From an uncultured Gammaproteobacteria bacterium (GTDB taxonomy: Bacteria; Pseudomonadota; Gammaproteobacteria; UBA9214), in the NCBI GenBank assembly GCA_963773065.1, contig CAVYZN010000011.1, positions 224,001-288,000 on the forward strand: DNA of 64,000 bases, given 5' to 3'. A model generated the notes under the pieces. That model was given only the letters and a program-made list of their open reading frames with translations. It searched no databases and was not told the origin of the DNA. The translations under genes were made by a program, and so were the position numbers. Shown piece after piece: positions 17,761 through 28,574 of this stretch. Within the stretch, counting starts at the first letter, position 1; each line of letters opens with the position of its first letter.

Positions 17761-20700
17761 ATGGACGAGTCGGTCGAAAACAGCATCCAGGAATTCTTGC
17801 AGCGCTGGCAGCATGCCGACGGCAGCGAGCGCGCCAACTATCAACTGTTTCTCACGGAGCTGTGCGCACTGCTGGGGCTCGACCGCCCCGATCCCGCCAG
17901 CGTAGACACCGAGGAAAATGCCTACGTCTTCGAGCGCAAGGTGACCTTCCGCCACGCCGACGGCACGACCTCCAACGGCTACATCGATCTCTACCGGCGC
18001 GGCGCCTTCGTCTGCGAGGCCAAGCAGACCAACAAGGAACTCGACTCCAAGGGCTGGGACAACGCCATGCTGCGCGCCCACGGCCAGGCGCAGCAGTATG
18101 CGCGCGCCTTGCCCGCCGCCGAGGGACGCCCGCCGTTCGTCATCCTCGTCGATGTCGGCCGCAACATTGAACTCTATGCGGAGTTCACCCGCTCCGGCGC
18201 GACCTATGTGCCGTACCCCGATCCGCGCTCGCATCGCCTCCATCTCGAAGACCTGCGCAAGCCCGAAGTGCGGGACACCCTGCGCGCCGTCTGGACCGAA
18301 CCGTTATCGCTCGACCCCGCGCGGCGTTCCGCCAGGGTCACGCGCGAGATCGCCGCGCAACTGGCGACGCTCGCCAAATCCCTCGAAGCCGCCGGCCACG
18401 GCGCCGACAGCGTCGCCGCGTTTCTCATGCGCTGCCTGTTCACCATGTTCGCCGAAGACGTGGGCCTGTTGCCCGGGCGCAGCTTCACCGGCCTGCTCGA
18501 GGAAACCCGCAAACAGCCGCAACTCTTTCCGCGCCTCATGCCCGGCCTGTGGCGGGCGATGAATCACGGCGGCTTCTCCGCCGAACTCCGCACCGATGTC
18601 CTGAAGTTCAATGGCGGCCTGTTCGCCGACGCGACCGCGTTGCCGCTCGACAAGAGTCAGATCGATCTGCTTATCGCCGCCGCCCGCGCCGACTGGCGCC
18701 ATGTCGAACCGGCCATCTTCGGCACGCTGCTGGAGCGCGCCCTCGACCCGCTCGAACGTCACCAGCTCGGCGCGCACTACACGCCGCGCGCCTATGTCGA
18801 ACGCCTGGTCATGCCCACCGTCATCGAACCACTGCGCGAGGAATGGGCCATCGCCCAGGCCACCGCGCTGCAGCACGATCGCGACGGCAAGCGCGACAAG
18901 GCCGTCGCCGAACTGCGCGCCTTTCACCGGCGGCTGTGTCATGTGCGCGTGCTCGATCCCGCCTGCGGCTCCGGAAATTTCCTCTATGTCACGCTCGAAC
19001 ACCTCAAGCGCCTGGAAGGCGAGGTGCTGAACGCGCTGGAAGCGCTCGGCGACACGCAGGGCCTGCTGGAAATGGCCGGCGTCACCGTCGACCCGCATCA
19101 GATGCTGGGTCTCGAAACCAACCCGCGCGCCGCGCGCGTCGCCGAGGCCGTGCTCTGGATCGGCTACCTGCAATGGCACTTCCGCACCCGCGGCACGGTC
19201 AACCCGCCCGAACCGGTGCTGAGAGATTTCCACAACATCGAATGCCGCGACGCCGTGCTCGCCTGGGACCGCATCGAGCAGGTGACCGACGAGCACGGCA
19301 TACCCGTCACCCGCTGGGACGGCCGCACGATGAAGACGCACCCGGTCACCGGCGAACCGGTGCCCGACGAGACCGCGCGCGTGCTGCTGGAAAACTACGT
19401 CAATCCGCGCAAGGCGGACTGGCCGCAGGCGGATTTCGTGGTGGGGAATCCGCCGTTCATCGGTGCCGCGCGCATGCGCTAGGCGCTGGGTGACGGTTAT
19501 GTCGAGGTGTTGCGGAACACCTACCCGGACGTTCCCGAGTCCGCCGACTATGTCATGTACTGGTGGCATCGCGCCGCCGAACTCACGCGCGCGGAAGTCG
19601 ATCCGCCGCTTCGGCTTCATCACCACCAACAGCCTGCGCCAGACCTTCAATCGGCGCGTGGTGCAGCAGCATCTGGAACACAAGCAGCCGCTGTCGCTGG
19701 TCTTCGCCATTCCCGATCACCCATGGGTGGATTCCGCCGATGGCGCGGCGGTGCGCATCGCTATGACGGTGGGCGCGAGCGGCGAGCGGACGGGGCTGCT
19801 GTTGCGCGTGATCGATGAGCAGGAAGGCGATGGTGAGGGGAGGGCAGTCAGACATCGTAGCGCACTCATGCGGGAAAACTGCATGCGGATTTGAAGGTCG
19901 GTGCCAATGTGGCCTCGGCCAGTCAGCCTGCGTGCCTGCGAAGGCATCAGTTCGCCCGGCGTAAAACTTCACGGCGTGGGTTTCATCGTCACGCCGGAAG
20001 AAGCGGCTCAGTTGGGCTTGGGCCGTATTCCCGGATGCTGGAGAACCATATTCGCCAATACCGCAATGGCAAGGATATGACCCAGACCGCCCACGGACGT
20101 CTATGGTGATCGATTTGTTCGGTTTCGTCAGCGGACGAGGTGCGCAGCCGTTACCCCGAGGTCTATCAATGGGTCGTTGATCGAGTCAAACCGGAGCGCG
20201 ATGCAAAATCGCACACGAAGGACGGTGCGGGCTATGCAAAGCTCTGGTGGTAGTTTGGGAAACCACGACAGCAGTTACGTGATCGCATTGAGAGGATTAA
20301 GACGATACGTTGCTACGGTCGAAACCAGCAAAGCATCGTTTCTTCGTGTTTCTGGATGGCGAGATTCTTCCTGACAACATGCTGATCAGCTATTGCGGTC
20401 GACGACTGATTCATGCTTGGGTGTTCTTTCCAACCGCATCCATGTTGCATGGGCCTTGGCAACAGGCGGTCGCCTCGGCGTTGGCAATGATCCTCGTTAC
20501 AACAAAACCCGCTGCTTCGAAACCTTCCCTTTCCCCAACGCCACCGACGCCCAGCAAACCCGCATCCGCGCGCTGGCCGAACAACTCGACGCCCACCGCA
20601 AACGCCAGCAGGCGCTGCATCCCGACCTGACGCTGACCGGGATGTACAACGTCCTGGAAAAACTGCGCCTGGGCGAGACCCTGACGGCGAAAGATAAAAC

Positions 20701-21246
20701 CATCCACGAACAGGGCCTGGTGTCGGTGCTCGCGCAACTGCACGACGAACTCGACGCCGCCGTGTTCGACGCCTACGGCTGGAACGACCTCGCGCCCGCG
20801 CTGGTCGGTAAACCCGGCGGCACCACGCCGTATCCCGACAAACCCGCCGCCCAGGCCGAGGCCGAAGAGGAACTGCTGTCGCGCCTGGTCGCGCTCAACG
20901 CCGAACGCGCCGCCGAAGAAGCGCGCGGCCTGGTGCGCTGGCTGCGCCCGGATTTCCAGAACCCCGGCGGCGCCCAAACGGCGCAAGGCGAAATGGACAC
21001 CGGCGACGAAACCGCAGTCGCCGCGATACCGCAGAAGAAACGCACCTGGCCCAAAACGATCCCCGAACAGGTCCAGGCACTGCGCGGCGCGCTTGGTCAC
21101 GGCGCCCGGTCCGCTGACCGGCGAACAGCTCGCCCGCGGTTTCAATCGCGCGCAAACGAGAGAAGGTGCAGGAATTGCTGGAGACCCTGGTCGCCCTGGG
21201 GCAGGTTCACCGCAACAAGGAAGGTCGCTATAACTTTAGAGGTTAA
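17761..21246 (+). pseudogene. MmeI-like type IIG/IIL restriction-modification enzyme, disrupted
   Basis: GYIDL...EAK nuclease motif, [24 protein letters not shown]-terminal [16 protein letters not shown]; TAG at 19480-19482 and several frameshifts at about 19.6-20.4 kb and 21.1 kb. Confidence 0.88.
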
Positions 21247-21253
21247 ATTTTTT

Positions 21254-22635
21254 GGGTCATCGCGTAATCGTGTGGGTAAAAACTGGCATTGCAGTGTGGC
21301 CAGACCCTGTAATTACCGGCATAAACAGCATTTGCTGAGGCACAGGAATTTGGCATGATAACCCGATGGCTACCTCACGCAAACGACCCCGCCGATTGGC
21401 GGATGCATACACCTTCCCCGGTTTCCGTCCCCGGGCCACGGTGCGCGGTGTGTTCGGAGACCCGCAGGCCCGTGTTGTCACGCTTACACGGCGGTCAAAA
21501 AAACGATTTGCAGCGTCTGTGGGCGTGCGCATTCGGGTTGGTACGATCGCAAAGTCCGACGGGTACGCGACCTGTCCTGCGGCGACACCCGTGTGTACCT
21601 CGACCTGGAGATCCGGCGTGTGGCGTGCCGGCGCTGCGGCAAGGTGAAGCGCGAGCGGTTGGACTTTCTGGCCGACAATCCGCTGTACACGAAGCGGTTC
21701 GCCCATTACGTAGGCCGGCGCTGCGCCAGCGCCACGATCAAAGCGGTGGCCAAGGAACTGCGCCTGGACTGGCACACGGTCAAGGAACTGGACAAGCAAT
21801 ACATGCGGTCGCAACTGGCCCGCGCGGGCACGCCGGGCCCCAAGGCGATCGGCATCGATGAGATCTCGATTCGCAAGGGACACACCTACCGCATCGTGGT
21901 CAGCGATCTCATCCGTTGCCGGCCGATCTGGTTCGGTGGCACGGACCGTTCCGAGGCGAGCATGGCGCAGTTTTATGACTGGCTCGGAGAAAAGAAGGCC
22001 AAACGCATCCGCCTGGCGGTGATGGACATGTGGAAACCGTTTCGCAATGTGGCTCAGGAACGCGCCCCGCAGGCGGCGATCCTGTTCGACAAGTTCCATG
22101 TGATGCGCCACCTGGGCAAGGCTCTGGATCAGGTACGCAAGAGCGAATATGCCCGCCTCAGCGGCAAAGAGCGGCGCTACATCAAGGGGCAGAAGTACAC
22201 GCTGCTCTCGCGCAAGGAAAACCTGAGCCTGGAAGGCCGCACGGCGCTGAAGGCCCTGCTGGCGGCCAACCGGCGCCTCAACACCGCCTATCTGCTCAAG
22301 GAATCCTTTGGCCAGCTCTGGGACTACGAACGCGAGGGCTGGGCACGGCGCTTCTTCGACAACTGGCGTGCCAGCCTCAAGTGGCAACGCCTGAAGCCTT
22401 ACGAGAAGTTCGCTGAGATGATCGAGCGTCATTGGGATGGAATCGCCGCCTACTGCAAGCCCGAGAACAAAGTCTCGCTCGGCTTCGTCGAGGGACTGAA
22501 CAACAAAATCCGCGTCATCCAGCGCCGCGCATACGGGCTGCGCGATGAAGAGTATCTGCGACTCAAGATACTGACGTGCATGCTGCCGATCCTCTAAAAT
22601 GACCCAAAAGCACCCACACGATTACGCGAAGAGCC
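21254..22635 (+). mobile_element. ISL3-family element
   Basis: IRs gggtcatcgcgtaatcgtgtgggt / acccacacgattacgcgaagagcc; 8-bp TSD aatttttt (21246-21253, 22636-22643). Confidence 0.92.
21366..22597 (+). CDS. ISL3 transposase, probably expressed through a -1 frameshift at tcaaaaaaac (~21497-21503)
   Basis: ORF 21366 (MATSRK...RRSKK) joins the -1 frame TICSVCG...RRVACRRCG...IGIDE...MDMW...DKFH...EGLNNKI. Confidence 0.85.
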
Positions 22636-22674
22636 AATTTTTTGTTATGTGTCACCACATACTGGGAGTCAGCA

Positions 22675-23850
22675 GTGAGTCAAATCAAAATCCGAACTGA
22701 AAATCAGATCAACCCTGTCGGAGATGAGGTCTCCGCGCTTATCGCTGTCACGCGGCCAATTCTCCAAGGTCTTCTCTACGCTTTAAAGGAAGAAGTGGTT
22801 TCTGAAGTAGGAGGATTTAATAATGTGAAACTTATGATGCTTCACCGGATGTACCGTGCAGGAGATGGCGATATAGGCATTTGCTTTGAATACGCAGTTC
22901 ACGACGCGGTAAGACGCGGTGACTCTAACGTTATAGAGAAAGTAAATGATGGGATGAGAAGGTACTGCAAGGTAAAGGAGAACGAAACCGCCTTGGAGTG
23001 CGGGCGGTTAACTGGAGAGCGTGAGCCGATCACAGTTGCAGCGCGAACCGGCTGGCGAGTGAGGGATCGGTTTTGATTCCCTCCTCAAGTTCACTCGGGG
23101 TGAGGTAGTCAATGCCCGAATGCACGCGTTTTTCGTTGTACACCTCCTCGATAAAGGTTGGCAAGTTTTCCAGCACGTCCAGGTACGTTTCGTCGGTTGA
23201 TTGATACGGCCAAGGGACTTTTGACTGATGACTCAAGGCTGCTGACGGGTGCACAAGCACAGCCCATCAAGCTGCGCCGCTACATCAATTTGTTGGCAGC
23301 TGCCTTTCGTCGGCCCACAACACGTCTTTTTCTACCTGCCAGTATCAGCGGAGCTTGGAAGGCAGACCTGTTTCTCGGAATGAAAGACACCGACCGTTGG
23401 GTCGGTACGTCGGTAAAAATTAATCCATCGCAGTTGGAAGGGGCTACTGGGTTACGAGTAGGAATTATTCCTTCACGTCAAGGCAAGAGCGACAAAATAA
23501 CTTTCGATCACGCGAAGAATCTAGTTATTTGCCCACTCCCCTATGACGCAGCATTTATGGAAGTCTTCTACTCAGCATGGGTAATTATTCAACAGTTCAT
23601 AGCCGCCGACGCTAAAGTACCGAAGGAGGCATCACTTCCGACGACGGCCAAAAGGATGGTCGCTAAGATCTTGGCCAAGCGTAAAGCGTATCCAATAGTC
23701 GACGTCATTGAAGCACTTGGTCCCATAGCGCAACCGGAGCTTCTTATGACGAACACAGAAGATCGTCCGGTGGAGCCTAGCCGCGATGAAGCCGCAACTG
23801 TTGAAACCTTGATAGCCCCGGTCTCGCGTTTCGTCGCACCAAACGTGTAA
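22675..23850 (+). pseudogene. hypothetical protein with possible PD-(D/E)xK nuclease motif, interrupted by an IS3 end remnant (22994-~23200)
   Basis: RBS gggag + GTG 22675; GICFEYAVH...WKADLFLG...GTSVK. The intervening minus-strand fragment FIEEVYNEKRVHSGIDYLTP and terminal ...gcactcca are IS3-like. Confidence 0.6.
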
Positions 23851-23919
23851 CGGGATGATATTGGAAAAACCGGAACAGATTTAATTTTCCTTTGCGCGTA
23901 ACAAGAGAGTACCGTATCT

Positions 23920-24089
23920 ATGCCTACAATTTCGATGTTTTACGGAATCTGTTGGCTGGCGCATTACCGCCGAAGAAACACAAACGGGTCGTTGCATGGA
24001 TTGAAATACACCAGGAGGATTTGCTTGCCGATTGGGAATTGGCGGTTAATGGCAAGAAACCTTTCCCTATCCGAGGGCTTGATCAATGA
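23920..24089 (+). pseudogene. DUF4160-family protein with internal deletion
   Basis: MPTISMFYGI joined out of frame to LLAGALPPKKHKRVVAWIEIHQEDLLADWE; the central HxPPH region is missing. Confidence 0.75.
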
Positions 24090-24340
24090 ATATTGCAGAA
24101 ATTCTTCCGAAAGAAAATTACATGCTATACATCAAGACTGATAATGGACAGGCCGGTCTGTTTGATGTAACGCCCTATCTCGAATCAGAAGCTTTTGCAC
24201 CCCTGAAAGACCGAAGTGAGTTCGAGCATATTCACAATGGAAGGTACTTCATTGAATGGGACTGTGGGGCGGACCTTTCGGCAGACACAATTCAGGCGCG
24301 GTGGAAGCCTGCGACAAATGACACCGCCCAAAACGCTTAA
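24086..24340 (+). CDS. DUF2442-family protein (partner of DUF4160)
   Basis: FDVTPYL...FAPLKD..F.......IEW..GADLS; overlaps the upstream stop (ATGA). Confidence 0.8.
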   Translation: MNIAEILPKENYMLYIKTDNGQAGLFDVTPYLESEAFAPLKDRSEFEHIHNGRYFIEWDCGADLSADTIQARWKPATNDTAQNA

Positions 24341-24397
24341 CGCGGTCTGCCTCAGTCACTGCGTTTCCTTGGCAGCCTGTTAACGCTAGCGCTGGGT
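24326..24397 (+). other. degenerate attC-like imperfect palindrome
   Basis: gcccaaa...ttaacgcggtctgcc...ggcagcctgttaa...gctgggt: R''/R'-like ends and an inner stem with unpaired bases. Confidence 0.35.
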
Positions 24398-24758
24398 GTC
24401 TTCATGCTGACATTGTACCGCGAGGTCAGAGTAAAGATAGGGAAGCATTCCTGGAATACCATGCGGCTCACAGACAAACTCGTCCTTGACCAGCTTGTAA
24501 GTGGCGCGTGTGATCTGGATGATGATCGTTCCCCCAATAGCCACTGGTTGTGTACCGATCCGATGCTAATGAAGGACCACCTGGACAGGATGACCTGTCG
24601 CTCGGGTGGCGACAGGTATTCCATCATAAGAATTCGAGCATTGATCCAAGCGAGTTCGAAACCTACGTCTGGCGCGATCATCAGCGTAGCCTGGATCACC
24701 CATGTTCCCGGATTAACTCGCGTGCGGGCTACGTGGTTGAATGGTAGCCTTGTCCTCC

Positions 24759-25355
24759 ATGAAGTCCATTACCGGCTCAGTACCCCTCGCCCTTGCCTGC
24801 CATCCCCAAACCCCATCTCAGGCAATACGTGGTATCGACGTGGTGGTGGGTGGGACACCGGGTGGCATCCTCACCCTGACCTTCGCCTTGGAGGGTGATC
24901 TCTCCGGTTTGCGCATCCCTGAACCCCGGCCGTCTCGCCGGGTGGACGGCCTGTGGCGGCACACCTGCTTCGAGGCCTTCGTGATGGCGGGGGAGGGGCC
25001 AGGGTATCGTGAGTTCAACTTCTCGCCCTCGGGGGAGTGGGCGGTCTATGCCTTTCGCGGCTATCGGGACGGCGAGAAACTGGAGGCGGAGCTGAGCCCG
25101 GGAATCGTGGTGCGCCGGAGCGGGGATCGGTTGGAGCTGGATGCGGGGATCCGCCCGGATTGCCTGCCGCCGGGCCGTTCGCTGCGGCTGGGGCTGTCCG
25201 CGGTGGTGGAGGACGCGGAGGGCCTGCTGTCATACTGGGCGTTGCGACATCCTCCGGGCAAGCCCGACTTCCATCATACGGACGCCTTCGCGTTGCCACT
25301 GGTACTGCCCGGAATGCCTGACGTTAACACGCTCACCGGCGAGGTGAGGCCATGA
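24759..25355 (+). CDS. DOMON-like domain protein
   Basis: LWRHTCFEAF, YREFNFSPSGEWA.Y.F..YR, SYWAL.HP.GKPDFH. Confidence 0.8.
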   Translation: MKSITGSVPLALACHPQTPSQAIRGIDVVVGGTPGGILTLTFALEGDLSGLRIPEPRPSRRVDGLWRHTCFEAFVMAGEGPGYREFNFSPSGEWAVYAFRGYRDGEKLEAELSPGIVVRRSGDRLELDAGIRPDCLPPGRSLRLGLSAVVEDAEGLLSYWALRHPPGKPDFHHTDAFALPLVLPGMPDVNTLTGEVRP

Positions 25356-26557
25356 AGTTCGGCATCGACCGCCTGCTGCAACAGCCCGCGCTGCGGGAGT
25401 CCCTGAAGGGGCGCCGTGTGGCCCTGCTGGCCCATCCTGCCTCGGTGACAGACGATCTCACCCATTCCCTGGACGCCTTGGCATGGCTGCCCGACATCCG
25501 GCTCACCGCCGCCTTCGGTCCCCAGCACGGCCTGCGCGGGGACAAGCAGGACAACATGAGGGAGTCGCCGGACTTCAACGACCCGGTGCTGGGCATCCCG
25601 GTGTTCAGCCTGTACGGCAAGGTACGCCGGCCCACGCCGGCGATGATGGACAGCTTCGACGTGCTGCTGGTGGACCTGCAGGACCTGGGCTGCCGCATCT
25701 ACACCTTCATTACCACCCTGCGTTATGTGCTGGAGGCGGCGGCACAGTTCAAGAAGCGGGTGGTGGTGCTGGACCGGCCCAACCCGGCGGGACGCCCGGT
25801 GGAGGGGCTGACCCTGCGCCCGGGTTGGGAGAGCTTCGTGGGCGCGGGCCCACTGCCCATGCGCCACGGCCTGACCCTGGGCGAACTCGCCTTGTGGTTC
25901 GCGCGTACCCTGAACCTGGACGTGGAATGCGAGGTGGTGACTCTGGAGGGTTGGGCGCCCGGGTCCGGGCCGGGTTACGGCTGGCCCCTGGGCGAGCGCA
26001 CCTGGGTCAACCCCAGCCCCAACGCGCCTAATCTTTGGATGGCCCGCTGCTATGCCGGCACGGTCATGCTGGAGGGTACGACCCTGTCCGAGGGGCGCGG
26101 CACCACCCGGCCCCTGGAGCTGTTCGGGGCACCGGACCTGGACCCCCGCAAGCTCCTGGCGGAGATGCGGCGCCTCGCGCCCCACTGGCTGCAGGGCTGC
26201 CGGCTGCGGGAGTGCTGGTTCGAGCCCACCTTCCACAAGCACGCGGGAACGCTGTGCGCCGGGGTGCAGATCCACGTCGAGGACGGGGCCTACGACCCTG
26301 GGGCATTCCGTCCCTGGCGGCTGATGGCCCTGGCCTTCAAGGCGCTGCGCCGGCAGCGGCCGGACTACGCCCTGTGGAGGGACTTTCCTTACGAGTACGA
26401 AGTCGACCGCCTGGCCATCGACCTGATCAATGGCGGCGGGCTGTTGCGCCAGTGGGTGGACGACCCCGACGCCACGCCAGACGACCTGGACGCCCTGGCC
26501 GGGACGGACGAGTCGGCATGGATAGCGGAGCGGGAAGCGGTGCTGCTGTATCGGTGA
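25352..26557 (+). CDS. exo-beta-N-acetylmuramidase NamZ (DUF1343) family
   Basis: FGPQHG, SLYG, DLQDLGCRIYTF, LDRPNP, RHGLTLGELA, PSPN, EGRGTTRP. Confidence 0.9.
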   Translation: MKFGIDRLLQQPALRESLKGRRVALLAHPASVTDDLTHSLDALAWLPDIRLTAAFGPQHGLRGDKQDNMRESPDFNDPVLGIPVFSLYGKVRRPTPAMMDSFDVLLVDLQDLGCRIYTFITTLRYVLEAAAQFKKRVVVLDRPNPAGRPVEGLTLRPGWESFVGAGPLPMRHGLTLGELALWFARTLNLDVECEVVTLEGWAPGSGPGYGWPLGERTWVNPSPNAPNLWMARCYAGTVMLEGTTLSEGRGTTRPLELFGAPDLDPRKLLAEMRRLAPHWLQGCRLRECWFEPTFHKHAGTLCAGVQIHVEDGAYDPGAFRPWRLMALAFKALRRQRPDYALWRDFPYEYEVDRLAIDLINGGGLLRQWVDDPDATPDDLDALAGTDESAWIAEREAVLLYR

Positions 26558-26744
26558 GGCTGTTGCGGAAGTTCTATGTGTCTCCCGAAAAATCGGGTCA
26601 AGACCACAACTTCAATCTCAAGACCTCTTTGATCTTACGCAAGGATAACCTCAGTGCTGGCATTTGACCCTTCCTTAATCAGCGGGAAAATGGGCCCGAA
26701 TAGCGAACGGATCATCCCACGTCGGGATCGCACCGAACCCCCCT

Positions 26745-26822
26745 CAGGGGGTGGCAGCATTGCCGTGGAACAGGTGGCAGCTTTGTCGTGGAATCAGTGG
26801 CAGGATTGGTCTGGAATACGCA
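26745..26822 (+). repeat. IS21-type terminal remnant (three ~23-bp tandem repeats ending ggaatacgca)
   Basis: ggtggcagcattgccgtggaaca / ggtggcagctttgtcgtggaatc / agtggcaggattggtctggaata, then cgca. Confidence 0.65.
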
Positions 26823-26882
26823 AGCTGGTCGTACAGTTGTAATTTTATAGGTAAATTCAACCTATTGAATACAGATTATATT

Positions 26883-28571
26883 TAGTGTCCGTCCATAAAC
26901 GGACGAATTTCAACCCAGCGCGCAACGCAATTTCACGATTGAGCCAACGCGGCCTGATCCGATCGTGCCGGTCGGGTTAAAAATGCGCTTTTTTTACCAA
27001 GACGGCCGCTGATCTGCCTACGGCACACAGCAGCAACCCTGAGCAGCTGACTCATCACACTAACCCAACCTTGGCGCGGCTTCAGGCCGGTTTTAAACGC
27101 GCCAGCAGCGCCAGATTATGCGCTACCACCGAAGACCAGACACGAATGACTTGAAATGCACCAGTCCCTTCCAGGTGCAGCGCGAGAGCCCATACGCGCG
27201 CTTCAGACACGAGATGCCCGCCTCGATGCCGGCGCGAAAGTTACGTAACTGCCGATACACCCAGGTACTCCTCACCATCGCTTCAATTGGCAAGCCGCGC
27301 TTCTTATGGAACGCCACATCCTCGACGCCGCATCCCTTGGCCTTCTCAAGATTATCCTTGCTGGCATAACCGCCATCCACGGCCAGTTGTTTCGGCGCGC
27401 GGCCATACTGGTTGCTATGGCGCTCCAGCAGGGGCAGTAACCGCTCGCTGTCGGCGGGGTTGCCCTCTTCAACGACCACATCAAGAATCAGCCCGATTTT
27501 TCCCGAACTGAGATTGAGCTTGTGTCCGTACTGGATGTCCCGACTGCCCTTGATAATGATATCGGTGTGGGGCTCAAACAGACTGAAGAGCTTCTCACCG
27601 GCCGGCACGCGCTCCCCCTGGAATACCCGGCGCTCCGCCTGATCAATCACCCGCTTGATCAAGGGCAGATAATGCGCCACCTCGGCCTGCCAGGCTTCCC
27701 CTTGCAGCGTCGCGCTCCCGGTGACGGTTAAGATCATCCTGGCCTGCTCAAGATACCCCAAGGTGTGCGTCGTGACCTTGATCAAGTCCCGATACAGCGC
27801 GTCCTTCTTGTCCTTACCCCGTGTATAGAGGATGGCGCGTGCCCGCTGCTTCGCGCGCCGGCGAGGGTTGCGAAATTCAATCCCCGGCGTACCCGGCAGC
27901 GACTGGGCCGCCTCCAGCAGGCGCACCATGATCCGCACACTGTCCCATAACAGCGTGCTGTCGCTGGGTGCATGGATGTCCGTTTCGGTGACGGTACTGT
28001 CAATGCGCACTTTGTTACCCGACTCGACCTTCTCGTGCTGGGCCTCCCGCAGCAACCCGTGATTGATCCGCTCCCAGGTCGCGGGCTGAATGCGGCTGAT
28101 CGTCTGTTGCAACACCGATTTCTTGGGAAACAGGCTCCCCGGCAGGCGCGCAAACGCCTGAAAGGAGGCCGAGTCCGACACATGAAACGCCAGTTCCTGA
28201 TAACTCAGTTGCCGGTATTGCTTGAGCAGCGCACACCGCAGTACCGACTCCGCCGGCAAACCCTGGCGGCCCGTGTCATAGACATCGTTGCGATGTAAAT
28301 CCAGCGCCACCCACTCCAGCAGCTCGCGATGCCGGTCGAGTCGCTCCGACATGGCTTTCAGTCCCTTGCCAATGTCGTGATTTGAAAACCGATCGAATAG
28401 ACTCACTTGGTCAGTGCGCGTTTTACGCATTGTCACCTCCGGTGGTTTTTGTGTTTCCTTTGTTTTCAGTCGCTTGAAAAAATGGATGGCAAAAATCACC
28501 AGAACTTTATCACTAAACACGCCGCTTTTCTTATTCCTTTTCATCGCGTTAACGTTTATGGACGGACACTA
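26883..28571 (-). mobile_element. ISNCY-type (IS5-like DDE) element; transposase ~27085-28430 with C-terminal frameshift
   Basis: Perfect 18-bp IRs tagtgtccgtccataaac / gtttatggacggacacta; RIDSTVTETDIH.P.DS.LL, DGGYAS, FRAGIEAGIS.LKR. Confidence 0.88.
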
Positions 28572-28574
28572 GTT

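Noticed and set aside
24400-24745. ORFs 24352-24699 and 24404-24898
   Set aside because: Only a short minus-strand stretch (IQITRATYKLVKDEFVCEP) resembles an adenylate/guanylate cyclase C-terminus; too fragmentary to call.
26745-26822. Three ~23-bp tandem repeats as a mini CRISPR array
   Set aside because: No unique spacers and no cas genes; the repeats end in ggaatacgca, matching the repeated terminal motifs of IS21-family ends.
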